From: Amoebidium appalachense
Lineage: Eukaryota > Protista > Ichthyosporea
Direction of reading: 5' to 3'
NCBI GenBank assembly: GCA_963693365.1
Contig: CAVNZM010000002.1
Location: 5,348,259-5,412,258, forward strand
Length of the DNA stretch: 64,000 nt
The first letter of the stretch is position 1, and every line of letters starts with the position of its first letter. The translations under genes and the position numbers were made by a program. Below, in pieces: positions 36,940-55,268 of the stretch. The notes under the pieces are model-generated. The model had not been told where the DNA came from. It searched no databases and saw only the letters and a list, made by a program, of their open reading frames with translations.

Positions 36940-37469
36940 CCTCACCCTCCCCTACATACACAGACCACTCTAAAACACACAAGCTAGACAACCCCGGGGA
37001 GTCCGACCACGGCAATAATATCTTTGTGTTCTCAAAGTTTCGCCAAAATCTTTTCTGGTTACTTTTTACCAAGAATTCGATTTGATTTTATTATCTTAAA
37101 GGGGGCACCGTGAAGTTTAGGACCTGACGGTCTCGTCACTGTGAGCCTCAACCGCGTCAACAATGGTAACCTGTGATTGGCTAATGCAATGGTTTGATAT
37201 CCAGTGACAACCAATTGGAATGCCGACAACTGAGTCGTTGGGAATTGACACAACCAATCAGCTGTCAGCTCTCTACGGTCCTGTCTGAGTGATTCTCTCT
37301 CTGTGTCCCAGGCTGGCATAAATGACACACATGGCCTGAACTCTGTAACCTTCCACATTTATCAACATGTTTTGCTAATGCCCAACAGGAGACTAATGCG
37401 AACACAATAGTAGCTCTCTGCATACACACCTGCTCTGCGCACACAAACGGACATAACGTATGTGCACAT

Positions 37470-37690
<221 letters not shown>

Positions 37691-38222
37691 CACCGTGGAG
37701 TGGCGCAAACGCACACACAGCAACAGATGACATCATTCAACACAGACTTTTAACGACCCATACAGACTCCTTAGAGCAGTCTGAGTGCAAAAAAAACGAG
37801 TTCCGATGTTATGTGGAGAAAGAGGCCAACCCTATCAGTTAATTATTCTGGACAATATCATAACAAGATGTTTTTTTTGTTTTACATAGCACATTGGCCT
37901 ACCCTACAAGGGTCAAATACCCAAAACTTCCAATTGTTGCTCAAAAAAACACAGCAGATTATTTGTACCTCACTCCACTTGCACTGTTTTGCCATACGTG
38001 TACAAGCTGCATATAAAGCTAAGAAAGCTAAGCCTAGGTTCAAAAACAGAAAACAGAAAAATTCGAAAAATAAACAATACTACCAAGTTAGCTCTGTGCA
38101 AATTAATCCTACAGGAATCAAGAGTATCTCCCCTTCACCCCCTTTTAACCCCGTTTGTGCTTCCTAGCGCCATAGGGGCACCTAAAAACCTCAAGTCATG
38201 TCTCCCCCCCAGGGGTGTCAAG

Positions 38223-38254
<32 letters not shown>

Positions 38255-38328
38255 AAAAAAAAAAATGCACACGAAACTACCCAAACGCACTACTTGTAAA
38301 CACGCCGTGAAACTCGTGTCGAGTACAT

Positions 38329-39093
38329 TCAATTTGCCGCCCTGGCCACCTGAGGCACCATTCTAGGGTCTTCCAGGCTGTTTTTTCTATCAAAATCCAT
38401 GAATAGATCCGTCAGCATATCCTCCCTCTCCATCACCAACCGCACGTACCCATGCACAAGTGTCTGGCTGCCCCTCTTTGCCTGGTCGTACTCCATCTCC
38501 TTCTCCGAAACTTGCGCGGAAAGCTGCCGAATGGCCGCTTGGAGAGACGCCACCTGCTTTTTCAAATCCTCGTTTTGGATTTTTAGGATAGCCGCTGTCG
38601 CCTGCCCAGCCTGAAGTTTCTCCGTGAGTATATTCAGCGTCTCTATTTTGTCCGCCAACACGCACTGGAGCTGTATCTTCTCGCTGTGTTTTTCCTCCAC
38701 CTGCATGCGCAAAAGAAACACTTGGTTCTGCAAATTCACGGCGTGTTCCTTCGAATTTGACCGCTTGCGAATCAATGTCGCCTTCTCCTCCTCATACTTC
38801 TCAAATCTAAACACGGGAACGTTGTCGGTGCTCCCCGCACCCGGTGTGTGTGGTGTATGGGGGTGGATTTCTGCGGTGGGGAGGTGTTCCAACGTGGTTA
38901 ATGGACTGTTCAAGCTCACTCTTGAAAGGGTACCTGTGGAAAAACGACGGAAAATGCGACCGTTTGCGAGACTATTAGAGCGTGTGGTGGTCGTGCTACC
39001 GCGGGGAGTGTGTGGGGTGGCTTCGGTTGGCGTGAGAGTGTCGGAAGAAACAAAAGTGGGACTCGCGCAACGGCGTGGGTTGAAGGCTGACAT
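38329..39093 (-). CDS. Uncharacterised coiled-coil protein, 254 aa, intronless
   Basis: Repeat-free ORF from ATG to stop. The N-terminal half is Ser/Thr/Pro-rich with several SP/TP sites. The C-terminal half has a heptad pattern (LQNQVFLLRMQVEEK...LKKQVASLQAAIRQLSAQVSEKE). Confidence 0.8.
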   Translation of the reverse strand: MSAFNPRRCASPTFVSSDTLTPTEATPHTPRGSTTTTRSNSLANGRIFRRFSTGTLSRVSLNSPLTTLEHLPTAEIHPHTPHTPGAGSTDNVPVFRFEKYEEEKATLIRKRSNSKEHAVNLQNQVFLLRMQVEEKHSEKIQLQCVLADKIETLNILTEKLQAGQATAAILKIQNEDLKKQVASLQAAIRQLSAQVSEKEMEYDQAKRGSQTLVHGYVRLVMEREDMLTDLFMDFDRKNSLEDPRMVPQVARAAN

Positions 39094-39977
39094 TTTCGTT
39101 AACGTGTGACGAGGTCACTCGAATTTGACTTTAGTGTTTTTTTTTTGCTCAAAACGTGCTTCAAACTTCGGGCTGGTAGTGAAGTGAATGGGGCGTGCCT
39201 TGTGCTCGAAGTATAACGCTGTAACTTGCGGGCTACAACGAGAAACGCAGGCCAACCTGGCTGTCTATGATATTTCAAACGGGAACTACATAATACGACC
39301 AACCAGCTCAAAAGCAACAGAAACTCTCCCTAGGCCTTCTTCCCATTCCGACCAAGTACCTGACCCAAACAAAGCAAGAAAGTCTAATTAGAAATGGTTC
39401 CTGTTGTATATTGTGCAATAGCCACGCTCTACTGCGCATGTTCCAAACCATACAGACTGGCTGTGTTGACATCAACGGGTCACGGCAAGCACTCTCTATC
39501 ATTGGTCCCCCTATACCTAGCAGAGCCTCAAGCTTGTGACGTGAGCAAGACTCTATATAGGCAAGATGGGTAAAGATAACGAGTAGCTTGAATTGCCACA
39601 GACATACACTAAAGATTTTGCGAGCTAATCACCAAGAAGCAGCAGCATAATCTACAGTACGCAACATCATGATAGCGCCGTACAACATCCCATGAAAGGC
39701 TCAGTAAGAAATGGGGGGGCTTAAAAAAGAAAATTGCCTTGATAGAAAGAAAGCGTCACGTGCGACCAACACCCCTTATAGAACTTTTAAGCTTCTACTG
39801 ATTAAAACTTCATCTACATTGTCACTTTTATAATTAATATCATTTTATTTTGACCTTAGCGCCAATAATATGTCAAAAGTGTAACATATCATGCCTGCTA
39901 ATTTAAATCTGCAATATTTTTCAGGGGAAATGTTACCGCACCCCAAAATAGGGTATAGATCGCGATCTCTTTTTTAG

Positions 39978-40046
39978 CCAATGGTGTTTGGGTAATACTT
40001 TTCAGTAGCCAATAATAACTTTGTTGACAAGTATAGATAAACCAAT
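39978..40046. promoter_or_regulatory. Three phased CCAAT boxes (candidate NF-Y sites)
   Basis: CCAAT at 39978, 40009 and 40042 (spacing 31 and 33 bp) in A(G/A)CCAAT context, about 0.9 kb upstream of the coiled-coil gene ATG. Confidence 0.45.
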
Positions 40047-40739
40047 AGAAACAGATCAGATCTAAAGTAGGAATCAGTCGGGTCCGTCAACAACTACAAG
40101 TTATGAACTTATGAACCCGTGCCGTTGGAAAGGCCAAGAACGCTCATCAAAAAAATACAATGACAAAATCACGCAAGGAAAAAAATAAACTCAAAAGGAT
40201 ACACCATGCTCACCTAGTTGGATTAGAGGGCAAACTCATGCTGTGTGGGTTCTATCGCGGCCACGCTCCGGCAGATCTTTTGAAAGCCGGGTAGTTTTTA
40301 ACGCGTGATTTTAAACCACTCGACCCATTGTGTTCACTTGGTTTTAAACGGTTCCAACAGGTGTGCCACACCCAGTCAGGTACATGCCAAATTGATTATA
40401 CTGGTTACAATCATATACAAACCCTCTTTTATGGGAGAATGCGCCAAATATTCTTATGAGCCAAGTTGAGCGCTGTTGAGCTACAGACCTTAAGGGGGTA
40501 GTATAGTAGGGCCTTATGAAAATATCCTGATTTTCGCCCTGAGTATCAACCGGGATATATCACGAAAATATCGCCCTAACCCCCGAATATCCCTTTTTTT
40601 TTGAGAGCGCCCTGAGTATCATTACAACATATCCCGAAAACGTCCCTGAATATCAAAAGATATATCAAAAGTATCCCGTCAAGCCCCTGATTTCTCGTTC
40701 TGATAGAGAATCAAAGGTAAAACTCAGTCGGCATGTGTT

Positions 40740-41141
40740 ATGTTCCTTAGGCAACACCGTACTGATCATTATCGCTTTTTGGGAGCTTTGGCAGGATATA
40801 TTTCTCCTGCTGTACGTATGGATACCACCCTAATAGATAGGTCTGTATGGTGCTCTGATGTTAATATTGCCTGGGAAGTTGTGCAGTGGCGCTGTAATTT
40901 TTGTTTCCATCGCCGCTGGTGCCACTTTTGTGCTGAACTTTTTAATCGCAAGCATGTTGATAGGTGTGAGTTTTTATGTCGCGTTTTACCTCTTTCCCTA
41001 CGGGTGTCTGCTACACTGGCTGGCAATGTGACCACTTTAGACTTTTTGTTAAATTCTGTTGGTCGTCACATTGAGCATTTATATGATTTTCACACAGTGT
41101 TCAGGTATCTCAGTATGCACTTGTTACTGGATAACTCGTAA
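40740..41141 (+). pseudogene. ORF (133 aa) resembling the C-terminal Cys/His (CCHC-type) region of a non-LTR retrotransposon protein
   Basis: Motif IAW...QWRCNFCFHRRWCHFCAELFNRKHVDRC (C-x2-C-x7-H-x3-C). Homologous to the ORF ending at 42843. No RT core motifs nearby. Family assignment is from pattern memory, not a search. Confidence 0.55.
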
Positions 41142-42051
41142 AGTTTTTATTGTCTTCTCAGTATGCCGTGCATACTTGCATATCTTTCCGTCGAATAAAT
41201 CCAGTCAAAAGAAAAGAAAAAAAATATTATACACAAGTATCCCGGCCAAATTAGCCTTTTGGGCAAACCTATCGTACGTATATCTCTCACGTGAACCAAA
41301 GGCAGAGTATACGCCCAAATATACCTTTCTGCTGTGAATCCCTTTTACAGAACTTAGGCATTATTGGTATAACTCTGCTTTTGCAAAGCTAAGCCATTAG
41401 TATTTGTATGTGGCCGGCCAAATTTATGTGCATGCCGCATTAGCGCTGAGGATGCGGATGAGCTGGTGTTGAACTGGCCATGGCATATGCATATGCATGC
41501 TATCAGTGCGTATACTACATGAACACACTGATACATTGCATATCCGCAAAGTTCTCTATGCGGCATATGTACTTGTTCATGCACCTTATTGTACAACCAT
41601 AAGCTTTGCCTCGGCTTCATCATGTATAAATTTAGAATCAATACTATAATTCATTGCTTTATTTTGTTTGAGAAATGTTTGCTCCCTGGGGAGGTGCAAG
41701 TGGTGCATAATTGGCTAATTCCCGATAAAATTACCCATTTATGGCTAAGACAATGATTTTGGAAATAAGCTGTTTGTTTGCATTGGTCGTTTGACGTTCA
41801 CCAAGATCAGACCTCGCCCGTAAGGTCCCCCACATGGCCATTTCTTATATAGATAACATAAATAAAAAGGGCCGGATATATCTTGCTCCTTGGCCCAGGA
41901 TATATCACACTTCGGTGGATACCAAAAGATATATCTTTTTGCGCCCCCTCCCTGAATATCACGGGATACATCCCAAGCTGGACCTGAATATCACGAGATA
42001 TATCAGGTATCCAGGACACCCCTGAATATCACCGTGATACCCGGGATATTT

Positions 42052-42486
42052 TATGTTACTTGGTTTCATACTATGTTACTTGGTTTCATACTATGTTACT
42101 TGGTTTCATACTATGTTACTTGGTTTCATACTATGTTACTTGGTTTCATACTTCCCATTCCGAGATATCCTTTTAAATACTTATCTCCTTTATTTTTCTC
42201 TTCTACTAGTTATCAGCAGTATGTTACTTGGTTTCATACTCAATATCCTTTGCTTCATCGTTGTCCCATTCCGAGATATCCTTTTAAATACTTATCTCCT
42301 TTATTTTTCTCTTCTACTAGTTATCAGCAGTATGTTACTTGGTTTCATACTCAATATCCTTTGCTTCATCGTTGTCCCATTCCGAGATATCCTTTTAAAT
42401 ACTTATCTCCTTTATTTTTCGCTTGTACTAGTTATCAGCAGTATGTTACTTGGTTTCATACTCAATATCCTTTGCTTCATCGTTGT
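42052..42486 (+). repeat. Nested tandem repeats: 20-bp TATGTTACTTGGTTTCATAC x5 (42052-42151), then a 111-bp unit x3 (42154-42486) that contains the same 20-mer
   Basis: Seen directly. The 111-bp unit starts at 42154, 42265 and 42376 and reads as 37 aa PIPRYPFKYLSPLFFSSTSYQQYVTWFHTQYPLLHRC. Confidence 0.95.
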
Positions 42487-42843
42487 GATAAAGAGTATCA
42501 TGGTAGGGCTCTTGAGCCTGTGCTTCTTTTTATATTAGAGACTCGTCTATTTTCTTTACAATCGTCGTGTAAATTAGCTACTTATATTTATCCTTCCTCT
42601 CGTAAACCTACCACATTTACCGATTTTGCAATTCTAACCCCTCCTTGTGACATAGCTTGGAAATGTTTATTTTGGCGCTGTAACCTTTGTTTCCATAAAT
42701 GTTTTTGCCACTTTTGTACAGAACCTTTTTCTCGTAAACACTTAGATAGATGTATTTATTTATCTCAGATTATTCCGTTAGAAATTAGAAGACTGGCTTA
42801 TTTAGATAATCCTGCTATTACGTCTATTGAGGCTATCTGTTGA
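42154..42843 (+). pseudogene. Second, diverged copy of the Cys/His retroelement-like ORF fragment
   Basis: IAWKCLFWRCNLCFHKCFCHFCTEPFSRKHLDRC aligns with the 40740 ORF. The frame stays open through the 111-bp repeats. No clear start codon. Confidence 0.55.
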
Positions 42844-43717
42844 ACCACGGTATGTTTAATGAGTTTTCTAGGGTGTATGATTATTTAAGTCGTTATCTCC
42901 TCCGTATCCGAGAGTGAGGGCTTTTGTATTTTCTTCTCCGAGATATCGGTGTTATCTCGATGGCTTCTATCTTGCTGAGCATATCAATAAAGTCATTATA
43001 AAAAATAAAAAAATTTCATAAGGCCCTATAGTATGGTCACACTGCCCTACCAGAAAAAAGAAATAGATCTCACATTTCACCGATTTTATAGAGTGTGAGC
43101 AATTTGGCGGGATTTTCAAACGCTTTTTGAAGTTGAAGTGCTCGAGTCCTGTAGAGCCGGCCAACCCTATTTCCCGGCGCTCTGCAGCTGCCGATACTCA
43201 TACCTGGTGAGCAACAGTGGGCAACTCTCAAGCCCACCATTTCCCTCTCATCCACCCAGCCACGCAGCCACACAGCCATGCACGAATGCACGCACGCACG
43301 CACACACACACGCCGGCACGCCCGCACGCTCACACGTCCGTGCCCGCACGCCCGCACGCCCGCAAGCATGCACACACACACACGTGTACGCACGAACGCA
43401 CACACACACGCACATGAACCCGCCCACCCGCCCACACGCCCGCCCGCCCGCCCGCTCGCGCGACGGCACCCGCCCGCCGCCTGCACACACTCAGCATACT
43501 TTTTAAATTTGGGAATAGGGGATTGGAGGAAGGAACGGAGAAGATGAGGCGCCGGAAGGAAGGGGGAATGGAGGTGGGAACGGAGAAGATGGGGCACTTG
43601 GAGAGGAGATAGAGGGGGGTGATGGGGAGCATGTGGAGGGGAAGGGAGTGGGTATGGCAGAGGGGGGATGAGGGGGGTGTTATAAGGGACTGGAAGCCAG
43701 GAAGAAACGTAAAGCAT

Positions 43718-43781
<64 letters not shown>

Positions 43782-44119
43782 GTGTTGAAGAAGTAATGAA
43801 AGAACAAGAATGGGAAAGAAAAAGATTAGCAACAACACGAAAAAACGCGAATCCTCATGCAAGCCTGTTTGTTCAAGTTGTGCTCGTCACCTCCCCCCCC
43901 CCCCCCCCCCTGTACACCCCCCCCTCCCCCCCCCCCCCCCCCCCCCCCGCCTTTCCCCCCAAACACACGTACACACGCGCGCGCACGCACACATGCATAT
44001 ACAAACACACAAACACACACCATCACCACAAACGCCACCCAGCCCACCCACCCACCCATCCACCATCCTCTCACTACAATCCTCTGAGACTCTTGGTGAG
44101 TCCTTTCTCTCCGATTAAC

Positions 44120-44153
<34 letters not shown>

Positions 44154-44169
44154 ACCCTCCCTCCCTGAG

Positions 44170-44350
44170 TGTGCCGGCATAATGATTCACAGCCGCTACC
44201 AGTCCCTAGATACTTTTTTTGGGTTGAAGTTGAATTGTCCCACAAATCACATGGAGAATCACACATGGCCGGTAAAAGTTGTACATACACCTGTTGGGTG
44301 ACCGCCCACACAATTGTACACTGCCCAAGCGGTGGGTGTGCAACTTCTTC
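44170..44350. repeat. Orphan diverged copy of the 28-37 kb array core
   Basis: TTGTCCCACAAATCACA...GTTGGGTGACCGCCCA...CTGCCCA...GGTGGGTGTGCAAC is colinear with the array core and has the same orientation. Confidence 0.6.
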
Positions 44351-44643
44351 TGGGCGAATGTACAACTTTGTTTGCAGCCTTACGCTGGCTGTTTGAGGGT
44401 CACCCATAACCAGTAGCTGAAATGCCGTCAGCGAAAGCAGCACTGTAACTGTTGTTGTTTTCCCTTGTTCCGGGTTTCCTCTCCCGCTTTTTCCACACGT
44501 AATTCTTCATTGCCTTGTAATCTATCAAGTCTCCCTCTCTCTCTCTGAGACTCTCCCCCCACCCCCCCCCCCCCCCCCCCCCCCCGCCCCGGCCCCCCGC
44601 CTTTCTTTATATGTTTTGCGATTGATTACTGAAATCCTCGCAA

Positions 44644-44679
<36 letters not shown>

Positions 44680-45024
44680 CCGGACCCCCCCTCCCCCTTC
44701 CCCGTTAACCCCGCGCCAACGTCCATGTTGGATTTTATCGTGCAACCGGCCATTTCTTTCTACGAACAGCTCCACATTAAACCTAGAGTTATCACTATGT
44801 CATTTAGCACAATGTATGTCATGTCATGTTAGCTATGTACGGTAAACGTGCGGCAAAACAAACATTAATCTGGTTTTCTTATGTTTGCTTGCAATTGTGC
44901 ATGCCTGAAATGGCTAACCTAAACTTGCCACTGCTGCCTATGATATTAAGCACACAACAAGTAGGCTGGTCCGCTGAGGGCCCGGGGAGGGAGTGAGGGG
45001 CGGGGTCGCAGTGGCCGGTGATGG

Positions 45025-45078
<54 letters not shown>

Positions 45079-45105
45079 AGGTGCACACACGCATACGCAC
45101 ACGCA

Positions 45106-45190
<85 letters not shown>

Positions 45191-46147
45191 GGCCCCGCTC
45201 CACTTCGACCCGATCAAGGGGGGGAGAGAGGGAGAGATTTCGAATGCGGGAGGCAGAGAGTGTTTGCGTGTATGTGAATGAAAATACGGGGAAAGTGCCC
45301 ATAAATTCCGTCAGGTGATGCGCGGCACCATATACACCCAGGGAACGCACACGCACGGCATGGCTGCAAACACACACACACACACACACACACACCTGCG
45401 GGTGCCTACCTCATGATACCATGGATGGCCACTGTAACAAAGAGTTGATAGCAGTTGTGTGTACGTGTTTGTGTGTGTACACGTGCGAGCGTTTGCATGT
45501 ATGCGCCTACGCCAACAGACCCAGCCACCCCATCAAAGTAACTGCGAAATGGGATCGTGAGCTTGCAACACGTTTACATGGAACTCCAGAATAAACCCAA
45601 AACATCTCCATTTTCTTTGTATTAGGCCACAGGCCTAACTGTGAACATTTATTGTTCGAGCCCGTATATATGGCTCTGAAAATGTATATGGTTGTTGTGT
45701 GAAGCTATTGCAATTATCATGCGGATTAGGTTTGACTAAACACCATGTAAACACCATGTAAAAACACCCCAATCCCTTATGATTTATGGTGAGACTGATC
45801 CAATTGCTTTATCGAAGTGTAACCCCATTGTTAGCGAGCTATGCAAATTTTGTTGTAGTTTAACGCAGAAAACCCAAAATCAAAGTATATCAATGACCAA
45901 AAGGAACTAGGTAAACAAACTACACAAGTAGTTCAACCAGGCAAAAACTGCATACGTTCAGGATGTATGTGGGAATCATCGGAACCTGTTAAGGAAACCG
46001 AAACACTAGACAGGCGAACATTTGTGTGCCAAATGATATGTGTGCTTGTGTTCATTTCTGGAGCAACTCGAATTATTCTCAACTGGTCATATCACAAAAT
46101 ACACGTTCGCGCATGTGCCAAGTCCCACAGCGCACATACGCAAGTAT

Positions 46148-46182
<35 letters not shown>

Positions 46183-46224
46183 TGTTTGTGTGTGTGTGTG
46201 CGCGCACATGAACGTGTGGTGCAC

Positions 46225-52764
<6,540 letters not shown>

Positions 52765-53439
52765 CATGCGTGTGATTTGTTGTGTTTTTATGTTTTCTTT
52801 TATTTTTTTGTGTGTGTGGTGTGCGTTGGCGGTGTAACTCTTCAGCACAAGCAGTGGAAAGGAGAATAGGGGGGGGAGTGGTGACGGGCAAAAGCCGTGG
52901 TTGGACGTTGGGTCCTGGGGGTGGAGTTGGAAATGAAAAATCGAAGTATGCAAATAGCATTAATGAGAATCAACGGGAATCGAAGGCAAGAAAAGAACCT
53001 ACTCATGACACTTGAGGTCAGTAAACTTTTTTGCGCACAAGAAGGAAATGCAAGTGTGGGGATAGAAAACCACACACTTTCAATTGAAGCAAGAATTGTT
53101 GCTTAACAAACGGCCATCTGTACCCATCGGACTTATGCTGATCGGACACCGCCCCTTGACACACTCTTAGCCACAACGCTCCTTAGTCACTTCTCTCATT
53201 CTTATTCACTTCTCTTGCATCTATGCTCACCCAACCTAACACCCCCAACTCCCCTTTTCTTTCTTTTTTCCGCGTTCTCTTTTCACTTGCCTGTGTGCCA
53301 TTCCTGGCGACCTTCCGGTCATCGGAAAAGGTTGCCATGCGATCCATTCTTCCCTACTTCTTTTTCTCCAAGCGAACAAGGTATAAATCTCGAAGAAAGT
53401 AAGCAAAGAAGCGAAAAACTTGTGATGAGGAAGACTTGT

Positions 53440-53665
53440 GTGCGGCACGTGTACACCGTGCGCCCGGTAGGACTACATAGCTGATAGTCTGTCTACATTA
53501 CGTCATAAAATTTGGTTTATGTGACTGATTCTAGAAAAAAAGAGTTTGTAGAGTACATGTTTAGACTACATTATTTCCCGCCTGTGCGCACACGTGTATG
53601 TACGTCAGTCGATGAGGTGTCATGACGTCATACTATGCTAATGAGCAGAAACATATGATTGGTTG
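53440..53665. promoter_or_regulatory. Candidate bidirectional promoter between PRMT1 and VTI1
   Basis: Head-to-head genes about 1 kb apart in repeat-free DNA. Perfect CRE palindrome ATGACGTCAT at 53622-53631, TACGTCA near 53498 and 53601, E-boxes CACGTG near 53446 and 53591, reverse CCAAT (GATTGG) near 53657. Confidence 0.55.
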
Positions 53666-53963
53666 TGTTAATGACAGGTAATGAAAGAGAATGTATATAA
53701 TCAGCAATAAGTTGCCAAAATTTAGCCGTGTTGTGTCAAGTCAAGACCCTAGAGGCGCCGTAGTACTAGTGTGTCCTGCTTTCAAATTCCTTAGCTTATA
53801 AGTAGCTGCAGGTTTGTGTAAGATAGGCTCGATATTTTTTTAAAGAACAGCTGTATATAAACATCAACATTAGTGCTATTGTGATTACACTGTGTGGAGC
53901 ACACACCACAGTCCCTTCAAATTCCTTGCCACGAAGCCTAGAAATTTGGCACAAGCAACCAAC

Positions 53964-54407
53964 ATGGCAGCTACCGAGACCTTCCAGAGCCTCGAAAGAG
54001 ATGTCACTTCGATTATTAACTCGGTGCAAAAGACAGTGGCAGAACAGCTGCCACAGACAAGTGGAGGTAGGTGTGTTTATGTGTGTGTTTTGTGGGGGGG
54101 GAGGGGGGAGAGGGGGGGGGGGGGAGGGGGGAGGGGGGGGCTGGGGTGTGGATGTGTGCGTGCATAGGACGCGTGTGAGTGTGTGTGCTTGAATGCGTGT
54201 GTGCGTCCGTGTGCAAGGGGCTGAGTGCAGTTTGGTACTACTACAGTGTGTGTTGTTGTTTTTGTGTGTGCGCACGCATGTGTGTTTTTGGAAGGGTACT
54301 TGCGTGTCTGCATTGAAACATGTGGAAGCCTTGATGACCTTTTGCTCGCGAGAATCCTAACCTCCCGCCCCCTCCCCCTTCCCCACCTCCTCCCCGGTAA
54401 GATCACT

Positions 54408-54441
<34 letters not shown>

Positions 54442-55232
54442 TCCCCACATCCTTTGGATGGATTCCGCTTATGAAACTCCGTGTTTGTTCTGCAAATTCT
54501 TCATGTGAGCCAAGGTGCTGAGGAGTTGAGGGGTGATCTTGACATAGGTCGTACACATTGTTCAACATGGGCTCGGTCGTAGAGCTCACATTGTTCAACA
54601 TGGGCTCTCTGCAGAGCAGAAAAATTCCACTGTTAGATTAGCTCAGAGGGAACTGGACGCCGCAAGAGACCTGGTGAGTGCATGTTTTCCAGGTGTTGTG
54701 GGGCGATGGGTTTATATTTATTTGTTTATGTTTTTTTTATTGTTTTTTTTAGTTCTTTGATATTTTGGGGGCGGAGGGTGGAAGAAGGAGCCGGAGAGGG
54801 GAGGAGGGGGGGAGGGGGTGGGGGGGGATGGCCTAGTCGGGGTGCCTGTCCACTCTTTATTGCATACAACCCCCCCCCCCCCCCCCCCCCCCCCCCCGCA
54901 CACACACATACACACACGCGCGCACGCGCACAAGTAGTTCATTCTGTGTACCATACGTTACCCCCCCCCCCCCCCCCCCGCCCCTCCTTCCCCCCCCCCC
55001 CCCCCCCCCCCCCCACTTCCCCCCTCTCCCCCCACTTCCCCCTTTCCCCTTCTCCCGTGCTACCGAAATCCGATCCTTTGCAAAGGCAGAAAAATACCGG
55101 CTGGGTTTAGGCCATGTTCGGATGTTAGATCTTGCCGGTGTTGTCTAGTTTCTGATTGTTTTATCTTGCTGTGTGGTTTGCAAATGCCTTTGCCTCCATG
55201 TCTCCCACCCTCTATTTTATGCATCTCCCCCC

Positions 55233-55268
<36 letters not shown>

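Larger units (their letters stand above)
40507..43028. mobile_element. Non-autonomous TIR DNA transposon (hAT-like termini), about 2.5 kb, with cargo
   Basis: Perfect 15-bp TIR TAGGGCCTTATGAAA (40507-40521) / TTTCATAAGGCCCTA (43014-43028). Flanks TAGTATAG (40499-40506) and TAGTATGG (43029-43036) give a 7/8 match to an 8-bp TSD. An alternative reading gives a perfect 7-bp TATAGTA TSD with GGG termini. Subterminal CCCTGARTATCA/GATATATC repeats. No transposase ORF seen. Confidence 0.75.

Noticed and set aside
38624-39109. 161-aa plus-strand ORF
   Set aside because: Antisense shadow of the coiled-coil gene. The same applies to 6584-6967 and 24842-25129.
42052-42486. CRISPR-like regular repeats
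   Set aside because: Intervening sequences are identical rather than unique spacers, there are no cas genes, and the context is eukaryotic.
52890-53006. Specific 5' exon model for PRMT1 (ATG A|GT plus a small exon near 52890-52915)
   Set aside because: It requires a weak donor and gives no recognisable sequence; the start is left unresolved.
54553-54614. 21-bp duplication creating a second AG 32 nt upstream of the VTI1 exon-2 acceptor
   Set aside because: Use of the upstream AG would shift the frame; most likely a neutral local duplication.
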